Assembly: GCA_025839675.1 (NCBI GenBank)
Contig: CP104013.1
Span: 5,730,001-5,762,000 of the forward strand
Direction: 5' to 3'
Origin: Candidatus Lokiarchaeum ossiferum
GTDB lineage: Archaea > Asgardarchaeota > Lokiarchaeia > Sigyniarchaeales > Promethearchaeaceae
Length of the DNA: 32,000 nucleotides
The first letter of the stretch is position 1. The number at the start of each line of letters is the position of its first letter. The notes under the pieces were generated by a model. It saw nothing but the letters and a program-made list of their open reading frames with translations, was not told the origin of the DNA and made no database searches. The position numbers and the translations under genes were made by a program. Of this stretch, positions 26,923-32,000 are shown piece by piece.

Positions 26923-27471
26923 TCATGGAATATTCGATAAATTTAATGAAGGAAGAGGGTGGAAATAAGGAGATAATATTGAAATGGGGATGTTGAAAGA
27001 CATCATTAACAACCGTAAGACATGGACTCGAGATGCAAACGGGGATTTATGTGATTGATACGTGGTCCACAAAGGCCCATAAATCGAAAGGAATATCTGC
27101 CATACACTCGATTCTATGTAGTTAATCGAATGGAGAGCATCTGCACACAACCGATTGATCCAAGGATCGACGGCGATGATCGTTTTAGTGTGCAAAAAAA
27201 TGCGTAGGAGACTCTGCCGAAATTCCGCCTTACATAACGGAGGATCCGTTTTGATCCATGCATGAAGACTGTGTCGCGTTTTGAGATAAGTTAGATAGGA
27301 AATATCGAAGATGTGTAGGATGAGACGAAGGTTGACGATAAACCCATGCTTGCGCGCCCGAACTATAAAACAGACGGCTTGTTGTGCAAGAGACGCGTGA
27401 GGATAACGAGCGAGAAAACCAGCCATGTACACATAGGGCACCCCCAACTCAGAACATACTCTTTCCAGCAT
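26923..27471 (-). CDS. hypothetical protein (higher-GC block)
   Basis: The ORF-track start at 27480 is TTG. I prefer the ATG at 27471, which shares one base with the upstream TGA (TGATG). 182 aa. No motif recognised. Confidence 0.5.
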   Translation of the reverse strand: MLERVCSELGVPYVYMAGFLARYPHASLAQQAVCFIVRARKHGFIVNLRLILHIFDISYLTYLKTRHSLHAWIKTDPPLCKAEFRQSLLRIFLHTKTIIAVDPWINRLCADALHSINYIESSVWQIFLSIYGPLWTTYQSHKSPFASRVHVLRLLMMSFNIPISILSPYFHPLPSLNLSNIP

Positions 27472-27941
27472 CAACTGCAATCCCCCTCCCGATCGAAAGG
27501 CGAAAGATATCGACCTGCTAAGTCATCTTGAAGCAATGCATATACTTCAGATGGAAAGTAGATGGCGTGATATAAAGATCTTAACATATCCCAGTGGTGC
27601 ACGACGGTCCAATCGGGATTGATATTGGCCCCCCAGAGTTGAAAGAGAAATTCAATTCGTTCTTGCCAATCCGCAAAATCCAATAATTCCACCAGCAGAT
27701 CATGACACCGCTTGACTTCTAAGCGTGGTCCCACACAGGGTTGAAACCGTTCGGAAAGATCAAAGCGTTTTTCTTGGGTGATTAAGAAATTTTGCAGCAA
27801 AGTGGCATCCAGCGGAAAGTGTGCCAGAGTCTTAAGAAACCCATCTAAAAGCGTGCCTGTCTCCAAAAATGTGAAAATCGACTCGGGAATTCGTAGATGA
27901 TCCTTCCCTTTGGTCCCTTGCGAACATGAATCCTTAATCAT
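27471..27941 (-). CDS. hypothetical protein (higher-GC block)
   Basis: The ORF-track start at 28151 would overlap the upstream gene by 218 nt. The internal ATG at 27941 (MIKDSCSQG...) overlaps the upstream stop by 8 nt (ATGATTAA), a typical coupling junction. 156 aa. Confidence 0.5.
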   Translation of the reverse strand: MIKDSCSQGTKGKDHLRIPESIFTFLETGTLLDGFLKTLAHFPLDATLLQNFLITQEKRFDLSERFQPCVGPRLEVKRCHDLLVELLDFADWQERIEFLFQLWGANINPDWTVVHHWDMLRSLYHAIYFPSEVYALLQDDLAGRYLSPFDREGDCS

Positions 27942-28872
27942 TGAAGAACGCCCCCTTATAATCCAAAATGGAATTTTCTGAGGGAGAGATAACCTCCCCA
28001 TTGCGAATGTGCAAATCGTGAAAATCCAGTAGTAAAGTACACTTCCGTGCGAGAATACACCGACGAGGGGCCGCTTTCCCCAAATGGGTCTGTAGATCAA
28101 TATCAGATTTCCCGCACATGGGACACGTATTCGTTTGGCAAATAATGACATGTTGATCTCGTCCCAAAGGTACGATCTCGAAAGATCCCCGCATGGTCGG
28201 ATGGGTTTGTAAGTGGTGGATCCGATGGTGAGTTAGCCCCTTGGAAGGGATATATAGCAAACCTTGGCGCAGAATGGTCGGTGAAAATAAAGCTTTCTTA
28301 TCAAACTCTACCATGTGGCGGAGAGTGCTTAAAGACCCATAATAGCGCGCATACTTGCCAAATAGTATTAATTCTTCGGCATATTTCTCATGAAATAGAC
28401 ATTGATAAATAATCATGAGATCGAACAGTTTTTGACAATCTTGGGGATCAAAGAAAAACTTGGAATGTTCCTGGTGGCGAGAGAGAAACTTTTCAAAACA
28501 CATTATCCACTTAATCACAAACTTGGTATCTAATTCCACAAAATGTTGAAAGACCACTTTAAGCATCCGGAGAAGGAATTTCACTTCGGCAAAGGGAATC
28601 TGGATATGGCCATACTGCTGATACAGAGCAGTCTCCAAAGTCCACAATTCTCGAAAGTATTTAGGGGCAGCTGGAGATTTTTGATTATGGCGAATCAATG
28701 TATGTACAAAATCATTCCGATATTGCGCATAAACGCCTAAGGGATCGGTTTCAATGGCATGAGTGAGATCGTCATTTATTTTTTGGCCAAAAAACTGAGT
28801 CATCATGAGGTTCGGAACTTTACTGGGATCTGATACTAGGGCATTTTCAGGGGATAAAGGGACGGAAAGCAT
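27934..28872 (-). CDS. hypothetical protein with a Cys cluster (higher-GC block)
   Basis: 312-aa ORF, first gene of the minus-strand higher-GC operon. Contains C-x4-C-x2-C (CQTNTCPMC) plus two further Cys residues downstream. No family recognised. Confidence 0.55.
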   Translation of the reverse strand: MLSVPLSPENALVSDPSKVPNLMMTQFFGQKINDDLTHAIETDPLGVYAQYRNDFVHTLIRHNQKSPAAPKYFRELWTLETALYQQYGHIQIPFAEVKFLLRMLKVVFQHFVELDTKFVIKWIMCFEKFLSRHQEHSKFFFDPQDCQKLFDLMIIYQCLFHEKYAEELILFGKYARYYGSLSTLRHMVEFDKKALFSPTILRQGLLYIPSKGLTHHRIHHLQTHPTMRGSFEIVPLGRDQHVIICQTNTCPMCGKSDIDLQTHLGKAAPRRCILARKCTLLLDFHDLHIRNGEVISPSENSILDYKGAFFND

Positions 28873-28896
28873 TATAAAAATTTAACGCAGTTCAAC

Positions 28897-28906
28897 TATT
28901 TAAATA
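28897..28906 (-). promoter_or_regulatory. palindromic TATA-like box TATTTAAATA
   Basis: It contains the archaeal box-A consensus TTTAAATA on both strands. Its minus-strand 5' end is 34 nt upstream of the ATG at 28872. It sits in the 155-nt divergent spacer. Confidence 0.35.
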
Positions 28907-29027
28907 TTGCGAAAATCACAATATTAATATATTCATTATTAATATATAAATATCGAAAAATTTCGAAATCTTTAATAGGGCTGTCCAGCATGAGATCCTT
29001 AGTAAACAATTTGAGTTTGGAACCCTC

Positions 29028-29351
29028 ATGCCCAAGATACGCATTGCCCATCTCTTTATTTTGAAAGAACTTGCAACTCTTCTCCAGATTCAAAAAGTAA
29101 AAGCCATTCAAAAACCCACCTTCGTTCACCATTTAGATCAAATCCCCCTTACCACCTTCCAACTATTAGATATTGATAAAAAGGAGAGGGAAAAAGTAGC
29201 CCACTTGAAATATGAAACTTATTTCCGGGTGATGCGCGATACGGGGATCATTGATAATGTACGGATGAAAGGTGACGCGCAAACCCCGTCTCTTTATTCT
29301 GTATCGAAGCTTGGGTATGAGATTTTGAATCTTTTTGATATCACCTTCTAA
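29028..29351 (+). CDS. small protein, possibly a winged-helix DNA-binding regulator
   Basis: 107 aa, divergent from the higher-GC operon. The C-terminal TPSLYSVSKLGYEILNLF resembles the wing plus last helix of MarR/PadR-like wHTH proteins. This is weak and based on pattern only. Confidence 0.35.
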   Translation: MPKIRIAHLFILKELATLLQIQKVKAIQKPTFVHHLDQIPLTTFQLLDIDKKEREKVAHLKYETYFRVMRDTGIIDNVRMKGDAQTPSLYSVSKLGYEILNLFDITF

Positions 29352-29419
29352 TTTTTGAATATGATAAATATTACTCGGTCCGAAGAAATATTAAATTTTT
29401 TAGGATCTGAATATGTATT

Positions 29420-30379
29420 ATGAAAAACCAATTTGTTGAAATAACATTGAACGAAATCAATGATTTTGTTTTTGCAATTCATCCATTCAAAGAACCATAC
29501 TTAAAAAACTTCAAAGAGTTAATAAAACCAACGTTTGAGAAAAAAGGTTTCACTTGTGATAACGTCGGTGAAAAGAAAGGACCAATTAATATAAAGAAAG
29601 AAATTTGGAAGTTAACAAGAACTGCAAAAATAATAATTGCAGATATTTCTGATCTGAATCCTAACGTTTTCTATGAATTAGGATTAGCACATGCTTTAGG
29701 AAAGCCCGTAATTATCATTATTGATTCTAAAACAAAAAATCCTTTTGATGTAAATAGTATAAAAGCGATTGAGTACAATACAAGTGAAAAAAGGTGGAAA
29801 AATAAATTAAAAATAGAAATTAGCGAATATATCGATGCAATTATTCAAGAAAATCAATTTCACATTTATGATAATATCTCAGTAAATATTAAAGATGTGG
29901 CAAAATTAGGTGATATTCAAGAAAGAATACAAAAAATATCAAAAATACATCCATTAGATCTACTGCCGGATGACTTAAAATCAAAGGAATTAAGTCCTAT
30001 TGAAATTGCATTGAATAGATTCAGTCAATATTCCGAACAAGAAAAAAAAAAGAAAGAGAAAGTGCTTCAAATTCAAGCAAAAAGAATTTATGATGATTTG
30101 CAGAAGATACTTTTTTCAAACGACCAAAATATAGATGATTCAAAATATTCACTTGTATTTAATGAAATTACTCCATTAGTGACAAAATTAGGCTTTATAT
30201 TCGACACAGAATTCATTTCTGATGATGATTATATATCTTTCTTCAATATAGATAATAAGTATATTTTAAAAAGGTCTGGAGTTCATTATCTTTCTAATAA
30301 AGAAGATATAGATAAAAGACAATTTCTCAAAGATTTAAAAGATTATTGGAAAGAAAAAATTGAGTTAGATATAAGTTAA
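29420..30379 (+). CDS. nucleoside 2-deoxyribosyltransferase-like (SLOG/TIR-related Rossmannoid) domain protein with a helical C-terminal half
   Basis: FVFAIHPF...TAKIIIADISDLNPNVFYELGLAHALGKPVIIII matches the core strand-helix-strand of Nuc_deoxyrib_tr-like domains (xFExGxAxxxGKPV). The C-terminal ~170 aa is Lys/Glu-rich and helical. Confidence 0.55.
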   Translation: MKNQFVEITLNEINDFVFAIHPFKEPYLKNFKELIKPTFEKKGFTCDNVGEKKGPINIKKEIWKLTRTAKIIIADISDLNPNVFYELGLAHALGKPVIIIIDSKTKNPFDVNSIKAIEYNTSEKRWKNKLKIEISEYIDAIIQENQFHIYDNISVNIKDVAKLGDIQERIQKISKIHPLDLLPDDLKSKELSPIEIALNRFSQYSEQEKKKKEKVLQIQAKRIYDDLQKILFSNDQNIDDSKYSLVFNEITPLVTKLGFIFDTEFISDDDYISFFNIDNKYILKRSGVHYLSNKEDIDKRQFLKDLKDYWKEKIELDIS

Positions 30380-30386
30380 TTTATAT

Positions 30387-30638
30387 TTAATTCTCTCCTT
30401 TCATTGGTCGAATTTTTGCACCCATTTCTAATAATCTACGTCTAACAGTGGATTTTCCAATACTCATAATTTTAGGGAATGAATCCATCCCTATCTTCTT
30501 TTCAATGTATAAGCATTTGATTTCCTTATCTTTTCATTCTTTTTCTGCCAAATAAAACTCCATTTTCCATTGCTCTATCTTATTACTATTGAGAATCTGG
30601 TTCCCCTGCAATAACCAAGAAATATTTTTGGTGATACA
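30387..30638 (-). pseudogene. possible decayed small HTH gene
   Basis: My own minus-strand translation reads ...NKIEQWKMEFYLAEKE*KDKEIKCLYIEKKIGMDSFPKIMSIGKSTVRRRLLEMGAKIRPMKGEN*. SIGKSTVRRRLLEMG looks like an HTH recognition helix. An in-frame TGA at 30534-30536 interrupts it. The longest ATG-initiated piece is 33 aa (30387-30488). Confidence 0.2.
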
Positions 30639-30698
30639 TTATGATAAGAACATGATAAATAAAAGTAAAGTTCCGAGACTGAGGGGTTGTGAATTTAT

Positions 30699-30717
30699 TT
30701 GATAGCAATTTGCTATC
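30699..30717. promoter_or_regulatory. perfect 19-bp palindrome TGATAGCAA-T-TTGCTATCA
   Basis: Read directly from the sequence: 9-bp arms around a 1-nt centre. It lies between the HTH remnant and the 30846 ORF, about 130 nt upstream of that ATG. This geometry is operator-like. Confidence 0.35.
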
Positions 30718-30845
30718 ACTTTTGTAAGTAAATAATCCCTTCTATTTAACAAATGTATAAAACTAGATCATAAGAAATATTGAGCTATTTTAAAAATAGT
30801 CTCAAAAAGAAAAACAAATATTTGCTAATATCTAATATTGTTATT

Positions 30846-32000
30846 ATGTCAAAATCTGGAAATTTTGAAAATAAGGATGTAGAAGATTTATTCAATATAT
30901 TATGTAGTGAATATTCTCGAATAAATAAAATTATTGAAGACCAACCACCTTGTAGTAATCCTCCTCCAAATTTTGAACAGTTTAAGATTCTCCTGGATCA
31001 TAATGTATTGTTTAAATATGGTCAGTTGGAAGTGATGCAGTTTCATCCAGAGATTTTTCAAATTTTGAAGAAAATATTCCTCGAATTTAATGAGGATTTA
31101 CATGTAGGCTTTTCGCTTGATTATTATGCTTATAAGATTAAAATTGGGTCACTATACAATAAAATTGTTCAAGAGACCTTTATTGTATGGAAATTTTTTT
31201 TTAATCAATTTAAATCTAAATTGCATGAAATAATCAAAGATTGGCGCTCTGATTTTAATGAATTAGAAATGGATATCTCGATTATACTCCCTCTAAAAGG
31301 CTTTTATCTTAATAAAAAGGAAATTACACCTTTCATAATTATATCTGATGACAATTCTACAGCAATTTTTCAAAATATACCCAATTATAGTGTTTACACA
31401 AACAGAATATTGATTGATAGATCATCTCTTAAATTTGGATTGGATGGAATCTCAAACCAATTTTCACCTTATTGTATTCTAATAAAATCTAAAATTCCAT
31501 TCGATGTACTAAAACGAGATGAAAGTGGTAAATTTTTTATGGGAGTAGATCATCCTGAAAATCCGATTAAAATATGGGAACATGTGAAACATTTTGTACA
31601 AGTATTAGCACTTGAAGGAAATCCAATAAAATTTGGAAAACCTTTTTACCACTTTCCATGGTGGATATCTAAAAGAATCATAAATTTGATGAAATTTATG
31701 TATCCTGACTGGATTGACTCACAGTTTTTTATAAATCATGAATATAGCGAGATTGTACCTGATTATTATACATTTAATAATGATATGCATAATTATAATC
31801 GAGATTATATATTTTATTCAATCGAAAATAATCCACGACTCAAAAAGGATATGATTTCTCAATACTCATCTAATATATTAGATCCTACTGAAATTTTTGC
31901 TAATGAGTTATCTAAGAAAATTTCTCAACCATGTGATTTTGATCATATAAAGGAAATCTGGTATTGCTTAACTAATTATAATCAAAATATCAATTTCTCA
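30846..32000 (+). CDS. hypothetical protein, 3'-partial (runs off the window)
   Basis: I translated all 385 codons from ATG 30846 to base 32000 by hand and found no stop. It is absent from the ORF track, presumably because it lacks a stop codon. The first in-frame ATG follows a TAA at 30771. No motif recognised. Confidence 0.55.
   Translation, partial: MSKSGNFENKDVEDLFNILCSEYSRINKIIEDQPPCSNPPPNFEQFKILLDHNVLFKYGQLEVMQFHPEIFQILKKIFLEFNEDLHVGFSLDYYAYKIKIGSLYNKIVQETFIVWKFFFNQFKSKLHEIIKDWRSDFNELEMDISIILPLKGFYLNKKEITPFIIISDDNSTAIFQNIPNYSVYTNRILIDRSSLKFGLDGISNQFSPYCILIKSKIPFDVLKRDESGKFFMGVDHPENPIKIWEHVKHFVQVLALEGNPIKFGKPFYHFPWWISKRIINLMKFMYPDWIDSQFFINHEYSEIVPDYYTFNNDMHNYNRDYIFYSIENNPRLKKDMISQYSSNILDPTEIFANELSKKISQPCDFDHIKEIWYCLTNYNQNINFS

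Noticed and set aside
27942-28151. N-terminal 70 codons of ORF-track entry 27471..28151.
   Set aside because: This stretch overlaps the 312-aa gene by 218 nt in another frame, and its sequence looks non-protein-like. The internal ATG at 27941 gives a classic ATGATTAA coupling overlap instead.
22490-29132. Overlapping ORFs 22490..22732(+), 23986..24312(+), 26496..26741(+), 27346..27531(+), 28543..28740(+) and 28896..29132(-).
   Set aside because: They are shadow ORFs inside or across longer genes or promoter spacers. 26496..26741 is Cys/Trp-rich and less protein-like than the minus-strand alternative. 28896..29132 spans the divergent promoter and overlaps the 29028 gene.
1-32000. CRISPR arrays, tRNA/rRNA genes, integrases, intact transposases and long terminal inverted repeats.
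   Set aside because: Scanning the intergenic regions by eye showed no regularly spaced repeats, no cloverleaf-compatible sequences, and no recombinase motifs in any ORF. tRNAscan, Infernal and a self dot-plot are needed to confirm this.

Overview
AT-rich prokaryotic locus, most likely archaeal: it has CobY- and CbiZ-type cobamide salvage enzymes and TATA-like boxes about 25-30 nt upstream of several start codons. Bases 475-10669 (minus strand) are a tightly packed 10-gene cluster for cobamide salvage, late assembly and BtuFCD-type uptake (cobC-cobY-cobS-cbiZ-cbiB-cobQ-cobD-btuD-btuC-btuF). From about 10.9 kb to the window end the sequence is an accessory mosaic. Higher-GC blocks (roughly 10945-13110, 13790-15000, 17340-17830, 26480-29350; single 60-nt lines hand-counted at 47-58% GC) alternate with very AT-rich blocks (lines as low as 17-18% GC). 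The AT-rich blocks carry defence-type genes: (1) an OLD-family ATPase-Toprim nuclease bracketed by a 166-nt direct repeat; (2) a membrane-anchored STAND-like NTPase split by a frameshift; (3) an RloC-like Rad50-type ABC ATPase with a CxxC zinc hook and PrrC-like HEPN motifs; (4) a candidate three-gene module of a zinc-ribbon protein, a 731-aa helical protein ending in a PD-(D/E)xK nuclease motif, and a small Rx4H HEPN-like protein; (5) a nucleoside 2-deoxyribosyltransferase-like (SLOG/TIR-related) protein. The higher-GC blocks hold tightly coupled genes of unknown function, including a RecA/KaiC-like protein with degenerate ATPase motifs and a degenerate RNase III-like ORF. I recognised no rRNA, tRNA, CRISPR array, integrase or intact transposase. 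All functional calls come from reading motifs by eye in the ORF track; nothing was checked against a database.
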